A stretch of 64,000 nt of DNA from IMG/VR virus record IMGVR_UViG_3300028549_001428; one strand, given 5' to 3'. The number at the start of each line of letters is the position of its first letter. Within the stretch, counting starts at the first letter, position 1. The notes beneath the pieces were generated by a model that worked only from the letters and a program-made list of their open reading frames with translations, was not told the origin of the DNA and searched no databases. The position numbers were made by a program, and so were the translations under genes. Shown piece by piece: positions 22,100 through 32,976 of the stretch. The DNA comes from a virus (taxonomy: Duplodnaviria > Heunggongvirae > Uroviricota > Caudoviricetes).

Positions 22100-22228
22100 C
22101 TATAACATAATATATGTTATTTTTATTCTGAATAATGAAAAAAGTTAAATTATTTTAGTTAATATAAGGCAATACAATAGATATTATGTCAGTGCACATG
22201 AAATCAACTTAAAATTGTATTCTAAATA

Positions 22229-22237
22229 TATAAACTA
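22229..22237 (+). promoter_or_regulatory. Late promoter TATAAACTA (5 nt before ATG)
   Basis: Motif directly upstream of 22243. Confidence 0.7.
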
Positions 22238-22242
22238 TATTT

Positions 22243-23241
22243 ATGACATCAATTAATTTAACAATTTCATATGATATAAGAGATTATAGTAATGAGTTAC
22301 ATAATTTCGGAGTTGGTGCTAATGTATCCCGTGGTTTATGGGATGATAGAAATAAAAGCATCGTAGAACGAAGCGAAAAAACACAAATAAATATACCAGA
22401 ATGGTCACATCAACCAAATACAGGACTTGCTACTCATTTCAGAAGACATAATGGATTTAAAGATCAGGAACGTTATAACAGAGTTTCTAGAAATTTTAGT
22501 CTTAGACAAGGTACATTCGTTAAATATTATGCTACCAGTTACGATCCAATGTCAGATCCGTTATACCATGAAGATAATAATCGTTCAGTTGAACGTTATT
22601 TTGATGTTCCTATGATGTTAACATTCCAACCTGAAAATGAATTATATAATAGATTCGGTATTCAGCATATGGATGAATTTGAAGTACATGTACATATGTC
22701 ATTATTTATGGAAATGCAATATGCAAGTCTTCGTAGAGCTGGTGTTTTGCCAGCTTGTGATCCAAATGAGCATAATCCTATCTGGAGTCAGCGTGGATAT
22801 GAGGCATTTAGATATTATGGATATTCAGCACAACAATTATTCCCAAAAGCAGGGGATTTAATAAAAATTGAAGCATTTGATACACTATATGAAATAGAAA
22901 GCGTAAAAGACGCAGCTCCTGAATATCAACATAGATGGAGAAAATACTGGTGGAAACTATTCTTGAAGGATGCTATGGATACAGGAAAAACAGTTAGTCC
23001 AGACGTTCTTAATGACCCTGAACAGGAAGGATTTATTAATACTCTTATGGGAACACAATCTACATCTGGCGTGACAGATAATCTAGGTAACACAATTAGC
23101 TGGCCGTTTGATGCGTCATGTGCAGTTGATAAATTGAAGAAAGATGTACTATTCAGACCACCAGAAGTTGATAATTCAGTCTGTGATATATCAGGCGACC
23201 CAAATTTCTATCCATGTGCTGACAAATTTGGAAAATGGTAA
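22243..23241 (+). CDS. Neck/head-closure protein, T4 gp14-like
   Basis: DPLYHEDNNR, ELYNRFGIQHMDEFEVHVH, PKAGDLI..LYEIESV; upstream of the gp15-like gene. Confidence 0.75.
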   Translation: MTSINLTISYDIRDYSNELHNFGVGANVSRGLWDDRNKSIVERSEKTQINIPEWSHQPNTGLATHFRRHNGFKDQERYNRVSRNFSLRQGTFVKYYATSYDPMSDPLYHEDNNRSVERYFDVPMMLTFQPENELYNRFGIQHMDEFEVHVHMSLFMEMQYASLRRAGVLPACDPNEHNPIWSQRGYEAFRYYGYSAQQLFPKAGDLIKIEAFDTLYEIESVKDAAPEYQHRWRKYWWKLFLKDAMDTGKTVSPDVLNDPEQEGFINTLMGTQSTSGVTDNLGNTISWPFDASCAVDKLKKDVLFRPPEVDNSVCDISGDPNFYPCADKFGKW

Positions 23242-23253
23242 GAGGTTAATTAA

Positions 23254-24687
23254 ATGGTCCCATATTATTATGTAAGAACTCAAGAAAAGGCAGAAATTGC
23301 CCTATTAGACATGTTTAATAACATTGTCGTTAATAAGTATAACGATTTAACAAGAACATCATACACAAAAACTGTGAAAGTTCCTATTGTTATTCATCAA
23401 GATAAAAATTTTGCTAATTGGTTCAGTAATGTTGAATCAAAAAAACGCACACTACCTATTCCAATAGGGGGTCTGCGTTATATATCAATGGAACCAAATA
23501 ATGAAAATAGAACTCAAGCCACGTATGCAAGAACAATATTTTCAAAAGCTACCGATCAGTGGATACAAGATATACAACCAACTCCATATAAATTGACATA
23601 TGAACTAGAATATTTAACTGATAATATGTCTGATTTCCATCAGATTAAAGAAAATATCATAGCGTATTTCAATAAAGCACGTACATTACGCATCAAAGAG
23701 TTTGATTTTGCTCCAGATATTGAACGAAAAATTCTAGTTGAATTGTCAGCAGTTACAGATACATTCGAAGATGAACTAGAATCAGGATCAAAACATAGAT
23801 TTTTTAAACCTAAATTCACATTTAGATTAGATGTTGATTGGTACAGACCATTTGAAATACCTGAAATGATTAAATATGCCGAAATGAATATTCAAATGGA
23901 TGATATTATGCATTCAATGCAAGTATTTGTATATCCTGACCCGATTGCCGAAAAAGAGAAAAAAGCATGGGAAGAACTTGATCCATCTATCAGATTAGGA
24001 TATTCGTTATTAAAGACTAACGCAAAAACAATGGTAAAACAGATTGATGCAATTAATGGATCGGTATCATGGCAAGAAATAACAGTGCCTGATGCTATCA
24101 GACCTGCTGGTGTTCCTAGTTTCAATTTAATCCACCTAAATTTTGATAATGATACATCATTTGAATTAGATAGAAGTGGGTTCGATAGAGATTTTGTTGC
24201 ATTAAATGATTTAAATAGAACATTTGTACCTGGATTAGAACCTGGAAATGGTCAAGATGCTCCTGATGGATATGCAGTTGATTCTACGGTTCAATGGAAC
24301 AAAATATTAGATTGGTTCGGAACCAATAATGGTCTAAATGAATCACCATATACATTCCAGAGCATTTTACAATTTAAGAACAATCCTGTACCTGATACAA
24401 TATTTCAGTATTTAGCGAATGACGAGACTACACAAGATAATGTTGTAATTCCTACAGGTGAAGTATTTTTTGAATGGGGTATTATTGATTCTAAATTATA
24501 TTTCACATTCAAAACATATGGTGAACACTCATTATTCTATACATACACAACAAAAAATCAACTTGCATTGAATAACAGTGATATATATAAATTTGTGTTT
24601 GTGTTATATGATGATGGTCATGCTGGTGTATTTGGATATACTATAAACGATGGTGCAATGATAGCATTGGAAACCGAGAGAACTTAA
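23254..24687 (+). CDS. Tail sheath terminator, T4 gp15-like, with C-terminal extension
   Basis: YYY..QEKAEIALLDMFNNIVV, VKVPI, QPTPYKLTYELEY..DFHQIKENIIAYF. Confidence 0.8.
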   Translation: MVPYYYVRTQEKAEIALLDMFNNIVVNKYNDLTRTSYTKTVKVPIVIHQDKNFANWFSNVESKKRTLPIPIGGLRYISMEPNNENRTQATYARTIFSKATDQWIQDIQPTPYKLTYELEYLTDNMSDFHQIKENIIAYFNKARTLRIKEFDFAPDIERKILVELSAVTDTFEDELESGSKHRFFKPKFTFRLDVDWYRPFEIPEMIKYAEMNIQMDDIMHSMQVFVYPDPIAEKEKKAWEELDPSIRLGYSLLKTNAKTMVKQIDAINGSVSWQEITVPDAIRPAGVPSFNLIHLNFDNDTSFELDRSGFDRDFVALNDLNRTFVPGLEPGNGQDAPDGYAVDSTVQWNKILDWFGTNNGLNESPYTFQSILQFKNNPVPDTIFQYLANDETTQDNVVIPTGEVFFEWGIIDSKLYFTFKTYGEHSLFYTYTTKNQLALNNSDIYKFVFVLYDDGHAGVFGYTINDGAMIALETERT

Positions 24688-24688
24688 T

Positions 24689-26659
24689 ATGGCAATTACA
24701 GATATAACTTTAAGCAACAGCAGTATAATTGAAGGGTCAGTGTCTGGTACATTAGTTGGTGATATAACTATTGTAGGTAGTTTTATTGATGTTCCTGTTG
24801 CTTATATAACAAGTAACCAATTTAAAATTGTCTCAGGAACTCCAAATAAACTAGTTGTTTTAGATGGTTCATTATTGGATTTTGAATCTCAACCAGCCGT
24901 TAATGTTGTTATTGGTGCATATATACAAAAAAGAATAACCGAAATAACAAAAACAGGTGCTTATAATGTAATAAAAACATCAACAGATCATAATTTAACT
25001 GTTGGTGATACAATCGAAATAACCAGTTCAACTAAATGTAATGGAACTCATATAGTAACCACTGTCCCAGATGATACTACATTTTATATAGCTCTTGTGC
25101 CTGATTTTGGCGATACTGAATTATATGGATATGTATATACAACTCGTTTAGAAAAGCCTATCACAATAAATGTAACAGATTCAGCCGAAAGTCAATCTAT
25201 TATATATTCAGTAACTCCACAAGCAAGTCTAAAGGGAACCTTTCCTGAAATAACAATCAGTGGATTAAAATTTTCTGAAGGTGGTGCTCCTATTGTTATA
25301 TTAAATGGAGTTACCCAAACATTAACATCATATTCAGACACATCTATTGTATTTACTTTAATAACCGATTTAGATTATGGCGTTTATGATCTTACCGTTG
25401 TTAATGGCTATGAATGGACACAATTACAAAATGATCCATTATATGAGGCTGATTTAGTTTCAATAAAATTAATTAGATATATAACAGATCAGCAAGTAAG
25501 TTATTCATTAGGCAATACTAATTGTTATGTGAAACCTACAATTCAACTAGTATATGATACGGATGGCGCATCTGGTAAATATGGTAGTATTATGGGTGTT
25601 ATTCCAGCTAATGTATACATGGAATATTTAAATATCTATTTAAAACATAATTCTAACTTTGATTTTTCTGTTGGTGGTGAAGTTACTCTAAATAATGTAA
25701 AACTAATTACAGGTGATTTGGTTTGGTTAAGTAATCAAACTGTATCTGGTGAAAATGGCATATATACAGTATCCGAAACTGCTTGGACATTTGTTAAAGC
25801 TGTGGATTCTAATACCTTCATTGATTTAGGAGCAAGAGCTACTGATCAGGTCGATGGTGATATATCACGAAATATTGTAATTGACCAACACATAAAATTC
25901 GGAAAAACTGGATTCTATTCAATAACATATTATATCTTAAATAGTTTGGGTATTTTATCAAAAATTATCAGAAAAGTTAAAATTTTAACATCTAGTGCTT
26001 CAATATCTCCTAGTGATGCATACAAAATAACCGATTATTCTATAAAAACTGAAGTAGACCCAGACTTACTACTATCAGGTAATACAACCGATAATAGCAC
26101 ATCTACGTGTTGTACATCTAATAGCGGATCATCTACAGGTGGTTCAACTGAATTAACATCAAACGATTATATAAATAGAAAAGGAACCGTTATATTTATA
26201 GCTGACCAATCAATGGGAGGTCATAAATTAACTAATCTAGGCGATGCAGTAGAAGATACCGATGCCGTAAATCTAGGGCAAGTCAAAGAGTTAATATTAT
26301 CAAATAATGCTACAGGATCAATGCAGACAGCAGGTGAGACTATTAATGTATTTCAACCTGTATATATGCACACTGATGGATTAGTATATGTTGCCAAATC
26401 TAATGATATAAATCTAATGGGAAAAGTAATAGGTATTGCAACATCAACTAAAAATATAAATGAATTAATTCGTATTATTAATATTGGTGAATTAAGCGAT
26501 GTACCAACACCGTTACAAATAGGATTAAATTATTATATATCAAGCACTGGATATTTAACGTATATACCACCAACAACTGGATTCGTTCAAATAATGGGAA
26601 TTGCATCATCTGCATCAGATTTTATTCTGTTAATGCACCCTCCAATTGGCTTAGAATAA
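24689..26659 (+). CDS. Multi-domain virion protein (cadherin/Ig-like, IPT/TIG-like, fibre motifs)
   Basis: ITDITLSNSSIIEG..LDFES, ITISGLKF..YSDTSIVF, GDLVWLSNQTVSGENGIY, HKLTNLGDAVEDTDAVNLGQV. Confidence 0.6.
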   Translation: MAITDITLSNSSIIEGSVSGTLVGDITIVGSFIDVPVAYITSNQFKIVSGTPNKLVVLDGSLLDFESQPAVNVVIGAYIQKRITEITKTGAYNVIKTSTDHNLTVGDTIEITSSTKCNGTHIVTTVPDDTTFYIALVPDFGDTELYGYVYTTRLEKPITINVTDSAESQSIIYSVTPQASLKGTFPEITISGLKFSEGGAPIVILNGVTQTLTSYSDTSIVFTLITDLDYGVYDLTVVNGYEWTQLQNDPLYEADLVSIKLIRYITDQQVSYSLGNTNCYVKPTIQLVYDTDGASGKYGSIMGVIPANVYMEYLNIYLKHNSNFDFSVGGEVTLNNVKLITGDLVWLSNQTVSGENGIYTVSETAWTFVKAVDSNTFIDLGARATDQVDGDISRNIVIDQHIKFGKTGFYSITYYILNSLGILSKIIRKVKILTSSASISPSDAYKITDYSIKTEVDPDLLLSGNTTDNSTSTCCTSNSGSSTGGSTELTSNDYINRKGTVIFIADQSMGGHKLTNLGDAVEDTDAVNLGQVKELILSNNATGSMQTAGETINVFQPVYMHTDGLVYVAKSNDINLMGKVIGIATSTKNINELIRIINIGELSDVPTPLQIGLNYYISSTGYLTYIPPTTGFVQIMGIASSASDFILLMHPPIGLE

Positions 26660-26681
26660 TAAATCGATTGAAATCGTTTTT

Positions 26682-26690
26682 TATAAACTA
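26682..26690 (+). promoter_or_regulatory. Late promoter TATAAACTA
   Basis: Motif upstream of 26712. Confidence 0.7.
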
Positions 26691-26711
26691 TAATAACAAA
26701 CGATTTTAATT

Positions 26712-27770
26712 ATGGCAACTTTTAAAAAACCTTTATCAAATATTAATGGTCTAATCCGAGAATTCGGATCAGATGATACTATTCCAGTAAAATATGGAGG
26801 TACTGGTAAAACAGACTTGCCTAAAGACAGTATAATCGTCGGTAATAATCCCGATGAAGTCAGAACTATTAAATATAATTTCGAAGGAACTGTAGCACCA
26901 TCAGCATCAGATGATATAAATGCTGAGTATGTAATTGGTTCCAAATGGTATGATTTAACTAATGATACCGAATATACTTGTTTAGATAATACTGCAAATA
27001 ATGCTGTATGGAAAGCACAAACACAAGGACCAGTAGGTAATCAAGGTTATCAGGGTTCACAAGGTAATCAGGGTTCGACTGGTGCGCAAGGCAATCAAGG
27101 ATCTCAAGGTAGACAGGGCGATCAAGGCTCAACTGGTGCACAGGGTGCAGTAGGATCACAAGGTAATCAGGGCAATCAGGGTGCAACTGGTGCGCAAGGC
27201 AATCAGGGAAATCAAGGCGCATCTATAACAGGACCACAAGGCGAACCTGGATTTAATTTGAATGCTGGTTATTCGGATACTTTTGTTAATGCTGATTTAT
27301 CAAGTGGTATTTTAAGTGTTACGCATAATTTAGCAACACGTAACTGCACCGTATCAATAAGAGATAATAATAACAAAATAATAATACCCGATGATATCAC
27401 ATTTGACACCACCAATACAGCACAAATTGATTTAACATCTTATGGAACTATAAGTGGTACTTGGGCATTAACAATTTTATCTAATGGGGCATATAACACT
27501 GTAGCCCCAGCAACTGGTACAACCAGAACCGCAAGTGGATCAACTGAAGCATATCCAGTTGGTCTTGTAGTAGCTACTGGTGCAGGTGATTATAATGAAA
27601 CATTACCAACACCAACAGGAACTATTAGAGTTATAAGTTACATAAATAAAACATCAAGCGATTGGAACCTTCAAGGAACATTTGCAAACGGAAGAACAGA
27701 AATAACATTACTACCTGGCAACTCAATTACATTAATTGATGCACCAACAAATACATGGGAGATTTTATAA
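26712..27770 (+). CDS. Collagen-like fibre protein
   Basis: About 24 Gly-X-Y triplets (mostly GxQ); PVKYGGTG fibre motif. Confidence 0.75.
   Translation: MATFKKPLSNINGLIREFGSDDTIPVKYGGTGKTDLPKDSIIVGNNPDEVRTIKYNFEGTVAPSASDDINAEYVIGSKWYDLTNDTEYTCLDNTANNAVWKAQTQGPVGNQGYQGSQGNQGSTGAQGNQGSQGRQGDQGSTGAQGAVGSQGNQGNQGATGAQGNQGNQGASITGPQGEPGFNLNAGYSDTFVNADLSSGILSVTHNLATRNCTVSIRDNNNKIIIPDDITFDTTNTAQIDLTSYGTISGTWALTILSNGAYNTVAPATGTTRTASGSTEAYPVGLVVATGAGDYNETLPTPTGTIRVISYINKTSSDWNLQGTFANGRTEITLLPGNSITLIDAPTNTWEIL
27027..27251 (+). repeat. 9-bp coding repeats for collagen Gly-X-Gln
   Basis: GGTAATCAA/GGNTCNCAA degenerate tandem units. Confidence 0.8.
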
Positions 27771-29551
27771 TGGCTGGATCATATTTACCAAATCAAATTG
27801 CAGTAACGCAAGACTTTGCACCTGGCTATGGCGTTGTTCTCGATCCACAACCTGGACAGGTTGCTCGTGACGAGAGTGGTGCGCTTTATTCCCGTGGACA
27901 GATTCTCACAGATGAAGGTGGATATCGTGCCAACTTCGCAAACTCGTCTTTAGCTTCATCTATCGGCACTGCTACCTTTACCAATGGTAGTACCACTGTC
28001 GCATGGACTTATGCAGACACTTATGATATTCATACTGGGGACAAAGTTTTTCTTGATGCTGATACAATCACCAATGGTAAAACAATTGCTGCTATATACA
28101 CTGATTCTATCGAACTGGATGATGCATATACAGGCACGGGTGGAACTGGTGCTTCATCAAGACAAGTCCTGACATCCAAGGTTGGTGCTGGTGGAACTAT
28201 TACAGTGGCTAACGGTACAGCTATTATCAATGCTGGTACAACTGCTGGTTCTGTGTTTGAACTTGAACGTGATGTTGACTATTTACCGTTGAAGAAGATG
28301 AGTGGTATTACTATATCACAGCGCATTGCCAACCAGACTATATATCTCGGTTACTACAATGAACTATATACACCCACCAACACCTTTGCTCGTTTTGAAT
28401 TTACTGGTACTGATGCCACTGTTGTAAATTGTGTAACTGGTCGTAACCCAACACAAGCACCTTCTGCTTCCGAGCAAGAATCATTCACTGTAAAAATTCC
28501 TAATGGTGGTACAACTGCTGTATCAAATCGTTATGAAGTAACTATCCAAAAAAATAAGGTTAGCTTCTGGATCAATGGTATCCGTGTAGCACAGTGCTTC
28601 AGAGTATGCCCTAGAGCACATGATGTTTTAACATCTACTATCCAAGTCGTAAATGGTACTACCCCTGCTACTTCTACTGTTGTTACTGTTGGCTATGATG
28701 CGTGTATCAACGAGAACTCTATATCTATTGACTACTTCTCCCAAGATACAGAAGCTCAAGCACCAAATGTTCCGATGACTAACTACCCATTCTCACAGGC
28801 TGGTATCATCGCCATCAACACTGATCTGATTCTTATCGACTGTACCCAGTTCCGTACATTGATTATTCAGTGTACTTCTATGGGTGCTAGTGGCGTGTGT
28901 ACTCCATACTTTAGTTCTGATGATGGCACTACGTATGTTGCTGGTTCAATGTCAACACAAGCAGGTGCTGTTGCCACTACTTTCAATGCTGCTGGTTCAT
29001 GGGTCATTCCCGTAACTGGTCGTCTATTCCGTCTCCGCTTGACCACTGCTACTACTTCAGGAACAACTACCATCCGTGTACAGGGAATGCACCAGAATGG
29101 ATTACAACCAGTGTCTGTTCTTGGCACTGTTCCTGTTTCATTTACACAAGCGGCTCTACCAGCATCAACAAACTTAATTGGTGATGTTGGTATTCAATAT
29201 CGAGCAAATGCTACAGGTCAAGCAAGTATTCATCACAAAATTGCAGCAGGTTCTACTAATGCTACTAATGTGAAAGCATCGGCTGGTCGTGTAGTAGGTT
29301 GGTCTGCAATCAATACAACCGCATCATTTAGATATATTAAATTACATAATACAGCAGGTACACCAACAGCAGGTTCAGGTGTTGTATTAACTATAGCAAT
29401 ACCACCAAATTCCGTTAATAATATGCCATTAGGTGGGGGTGGTCTTGGCTTTGCAACTGGTATTGCATACACAATGGTAACTGGAGTTGCTGATGCTGAT
29501 ACTGCTGCTGTTACTGCTAGTGATATTGTATTCGATTTATTCTGGCTATAA
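27755..29551 (+). CDS. T/G/A-rich virion (fibre/receptor-binding) protein; likely start ATG 27770
   Basis: 598 aa ORF, beta-rich; GGAG upstream of ATG 27770, which overlaps the previous stop. Confidence 0.65.
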   Translation: MGDFIMAGSYLPNQIAVTQDFAPGYGVVLDPQPGQVARDESGALYSRGQILTDEGGYRANFANSSLASSIGTATFTNGSTTVAWTYADTYDIHTGDKVFLDADTITNGKTIAAIYTDSIELDDAYTGTGGTGASSRQVLTSKVGAGGTITVANGTAIINAGTTAGSVFELERDVDYLPLKKMSGITISQRIANQTIYLGYYNELYTPTNTFARFEFTGTDATVVNCVTGRNPTQAPSASEQESFTVKIPNGGTTAVSNRYEVTIQKNKVSFWINGIRVAQCFRVCPRAHDVLTSTIQVVNGTTPATSTVVTVGYDACINENSISIDYFSQDTEAQAPNVPMTNYPFSQAGIIAINTDLILIDCTQFRTLIIQCTSMGASGVCTPYFSSDDGTTYVAGSMSTQAGAVATTFNAAGSWVIPVTGRLFRLRLTTATTSGTTTIRVQGMHQNGLQPVSVLGTVPVSFTQAALPASTNLIGDVGIQYRANATGQASIHHKIAAGSTNATNVKASAGRVVGWSAINTTASFRYIKLHNTAGTPTAGSGVVLTIAIPPNSVNNMPLGGGGLGFATGIAYTMVTGVADADTAAVTASDIVFDLFWL

Positions 29552-29559
29552 TGGATCTT

Positions 29560-29568
29560 TATAAACTA
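29560..29568 (+). promoter_or_regulatory. Late promoter TATAAACTA
   Basis: Motif upstream of 29592. Confidence 0.7.
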
Positions 29569-29591
29569 CTTACATAATACTGGTATAAAAA

Positions 29592-32500
29592 ATGAAGCAT
29601 GGACATATTGAATTTAACACAACGACAAATACACCTATTGAGGTAGGTGGACTTGGTTTTAATGCTAGTAGTAATTCACTTGCATATAAACCAGTAACGC
29701 CTAATAGTGATGTTACCATTAATATTGGATTTGAAAATGTTATAAATGTGTATAATGGTACTGGATCAACTATATTAAATGGACAAGTATTGCATATAAA
29801 CGGCAGTATATTAGTTGGTACTGAATATTATGCAAATGTAGCGTTAGCAAGTGCTGATAAAGCCGATGGCGATTTATATGTTATTAGTTGTGTAGCAACG
29901 CATGATATAGCATCAAGTGCAGTAGGAATAGGCACAGCATTTGGTGATATACATGATTTAAATTTGAGCGCATTTAGTATTGGAGATCATGTATATCTAT
30001 CTGATGTCACTCCAGGTGGTTATATTCTATATGAAAATCTAGGACCAACATCCAGAACATGTTTTATAGGAACCGTATTATCAAATAGTGCAACTACAGG
30101 TGTTCTAAAATTAGAAATTAGATCGGAATTACCTAGTTCAACATTAACTCAATTAGAATCAAATATATTATCAGGTAATAATGCATCAACAGGTATATTT
30201 CAATGGGATTCTCCTTGGATATCAATAGTTGATTCTACTCATTTTAGCATAGCACCATGTAAAGGATGGATTATTGATAATACAACAGATCCACTTGCAC
30301 CCACTATCACATATGTTGAATGTACAGGTGTTTCTGATGTAGTACCTGCATATTTAACCACGGCAATTAGTACATATATTCTAGTAAATTCCACAGGTAC
30401 TGTTATATATCAATCGACCTTTCCTGCACCAGTAGATAGACGAGACAATATATATCTAGGTCGTGTTGTACATCCAAATCTTTCAACAATACAAAATGTA
30501 ACAAGTTCTCCAGATATAGAAATATCTCCATTATCACAAGTTCGTGATATGTTCTCCGCTATTAAATTCATAAATAACGGAATATTAGTTTCATATAGAA
30601 CTACTGATTTATCAATTAAAACAAGTGAAGGTTCATTATTTGGTCTTGGGTTTAATTGGAAAAATAATAAAAAAAGCCCAAGCAAAAGCGATATAACAGC
30701 ACAAGACCCAGCGACATTCCAATATAGAACACAAACTGGAGCAGTGGCAACTGGAAATAGAACATTACTTGATGTGACTAATTATGATCTAAATGGAACC
30801 GTTACGGCTATATCAGGAACTAAAGCAACTAACCAGCGTGTATTTATGAATAGCGATGGTCTAATTCATATTCAATATGGACAAACTACATATTCAAATC
30901 TTGTAAGTGCATTATCAAATGTACAAACTGAAGTATTCAATACAGCACAAACCATATCAGAAAACCTACATTTAATTGGCATTATAGCAGTAATGAGCAA
31001 TGCAACTGATTTAAGTGATGCATCAAATGCTACATTTGTTCCTGTATCTAAATTCGGTGAAAATCTAGGTGGTGCCGCAGGTGCCACAACCACAACGTTA
31101 CAGCAAGCATATAATAATAGTATAACACCAGAGATTTTAACAAATGCAACATTAGGCGCATTAACTGTAAAAAGAGGTAGTGCTTTAGATTCGGATAATG
31201 TATTTGAAGTACAAAACGGTATTGGTTCTGTTACTGCAAGTATTGACGGTAACGGAAATATTACAGGTAATTTAGTACAATTACAAGCACAAAATAATGT
31301 CACATTGGAGAATACTGGGTTTAGATATCCTGAATTAACGACAATAACAGGTAATGGGGATAGAACTATTACATTAGGTGGTGGTGCATCCGTTCAAGCA
31401 TATTGGAGAGGTATTATAGTACCTGCTTTGGTAAGTGGATATACTAGCACAGCGCATGGAACCGACACTACAAAACTATATTATCTATATTATGATGGTG
31501 CAACAATATCATGGTATACTGATGTATGGACATTTGATAAATTACAAATATGTTTAGCTAAATACGATCCAACAAATGCAACGTGGTATTATTTTAGAGA
31601 ATGTCATGGATTAATGCAGTGGCAAGCACATGAAGAATTTCATAAAACAATTGGAACATTTAAGCAATCAGGCGGTACTATACCTAGTGCTAGTTACGTG
31701 CTATCATCTACAGTTGCTACTGAACGTAGAATTGACATTGATGCAACAGTTATATCCGATGAAGATTTACCTACCACTAACTCAGCATTAACAACTAAAT
31801 CATATACACAATTTAGATTAACTGGAGCAGAAGTTCCTGTTTATACATTAGCATCGGCTGATATAGTTTCATTATCAACCAACCAGCCATATTATAATTC
31901 ATTCTCTACGCCAAATTGGGGACAAACATTAATGCCAACCAATGCGGTTGCTAGTGTTTGGATATACGCACAACCAGTGGCATCTGACGCTACTTCACAG
32001 GCATATAGATATCTGTTTGTACAACCTCAATGGATTACACAAGCGTCTTCACCATCTGCTGGCAATATAACAACAGCAATACAAACTGAAAGTACACGAA
32101 CACCATCCGAATTAAATCTTGATGGATTATCAAGCACTGAAATTATAGCAATTGCAAGAGTCATAATTGTATACACAGCAAATAACTGGTCAATTCGACA
32201 AGTTTCCTTATTATCAGGTAATAAATTTTCACAAATTGGATCACCAGCAGGTAATTATTTAACTGTTGTTTCAACTGATTTAACTCTTACTGGTAGTGGA
32301 ACTACAGCTAGTCCACTTAAAGTTAACAGAACTATATCACGTGATTGGACTACTAGTTCTCTTATATATGATGACGAAATCGTTGTTGATATAGCAACTA
32401 ATTATTTATATAGGGCAACTACTGAATTCACTAGTGACTCAAGTACAATTCAAACTGATATTACAGCAGGTCGTTTAGTTCAAGTGGGTGGTGGTTCATC

Positions 32501-32963
32501 GTCTGGATCAACTGGTGTAGAAACTATGCAATTAGGAGATGCTAATGCAGCTAATGGTGTATTTGACGGAGCATATGCGTGGATTGGTGGTGTAATTCCA
32601 TTATCAAGCGTTACAATAGCAACCATGAAAATGTGGGTTACACAATCAGCCAATGGAACATTAACATTAGGTATTTATGATAGCTCATTTGCAAAAGTAG
32701 CAGAAACTGCAACAATCACTAATCCAACAACAGGTTTGGTCAGTGGAACCCTAAGTGCATCATACACATTAAATGCAGGGACTTTATATTATTTTGGTAT
32801 AAGTGGTTCTATAAATGGATTATCCGTTCTTGGCTCAACTGGCTTATTCTCGTCTAACACGCCATATATAGCAAAAGAAGATTTGAATGCATCATCACTA
32901 CCAACAACTTTTTCTGGTGGGTCTAGTACGGGTCGTAGATTTTGGATTGGAGCCTACGCATAA
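29592..32963 (+). CDS. Large tail fibre-like virion protein
   Basis: 1123 aa, S/T-rich; motifs VYNGTGSTILNGQV..GDHVYLS, TTLQQAYNN, TLTGSGTTASPL. Confidence 0.65.
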   Translation: MKHGHIEFNTTTNTPIEVGGLGFNASSNSLAYKPVTPNSDVTINIGFENVINVYNGTGSTILNGQVLHINGSILVGTEYYANVALASADKADGDLYVISCVATHDIASSAVGIGTAFGDIHDLNLSAFSIGDHVYLSDVTPGGYILYENLGPTSRTCFIGTVLSNSATTGVLKLEIRSELPSSTLTQLESNILSGNNASTGIFQWDSPWISIVDSTHFSIAPCKGWIIDNTTDPLAPTITYVECTGVSDVVPAYLTTAISTYILVNSTGTVIYQSTFPAPVDRRDNIYLGRVVHPNLSTIQNVTSSPDIEISPLSQVRDMFSAIKFINNGILVSYRTTDLSIKTSEGSLFGLGFNWKNNKKSPSKSDITAQDPATFQYRTQTGAVATGNRTLLDVTNYDLNGTVTAISGTKATNQRVFMNSDGLIHIQYGQTTYSNLVSALSNVQTEVFNTAQTISENLHLIGIIAVMSNATDLSDASNATFVPVSKFGENLGGAAGATTTTLQQAYNNSITPEILTNATLGALTVKRGSALDSDNVFEVQNGIGSVTASIDGNGNITGNLVQLQAQNNVTLENTGFRYPELTTITGNGDRTITLGGGASVQAYWRGIIVPALVSGYTSTAHGTDTTKLYYLYYDGATISWYTDVWTFDKLQICLAKYDPTNATWYYFRECHGLMQWQAHEEFHKTIGTFKQSGGTIPSASYVLSSTVATERRIDIDATVISDEDLPTTNSALTTKSYTQFRLTGAEVPVYTLASADIVSLSTNQPYYNSFSTPNWGQTLMPTNAVASVWIYAQPVASDATSQAYRYLFVQPQWITQASSPSAGNITTAIQTESTRTPSELNLDGLSSTEIIAIARVIIVYTANNWSIRQVSLLSGNKFSQIGSPAGNYLTVVSTDLTLTGSGTTASPLKVNRTISRDWTTSSLIYDDEIVVDIATNYLYRATTEFTSDSSTIQTDITAGRLVQVGGGSSSGSTGVETMQLGDANAANGVFDGAYAWIGGVIPLSSVTIATMKMWVTQSANGTLTLGIYDSSFAKVAETATITNPTTGLVSGTLSASYTLNAGTLYYFGISGSINGLSVLGSTGLFSSNTPYIAKEDLNASSLPTTFSGGSSTGRRFWIGAYA

Positions 32964-32976
32964 TTGAGGAATTATC

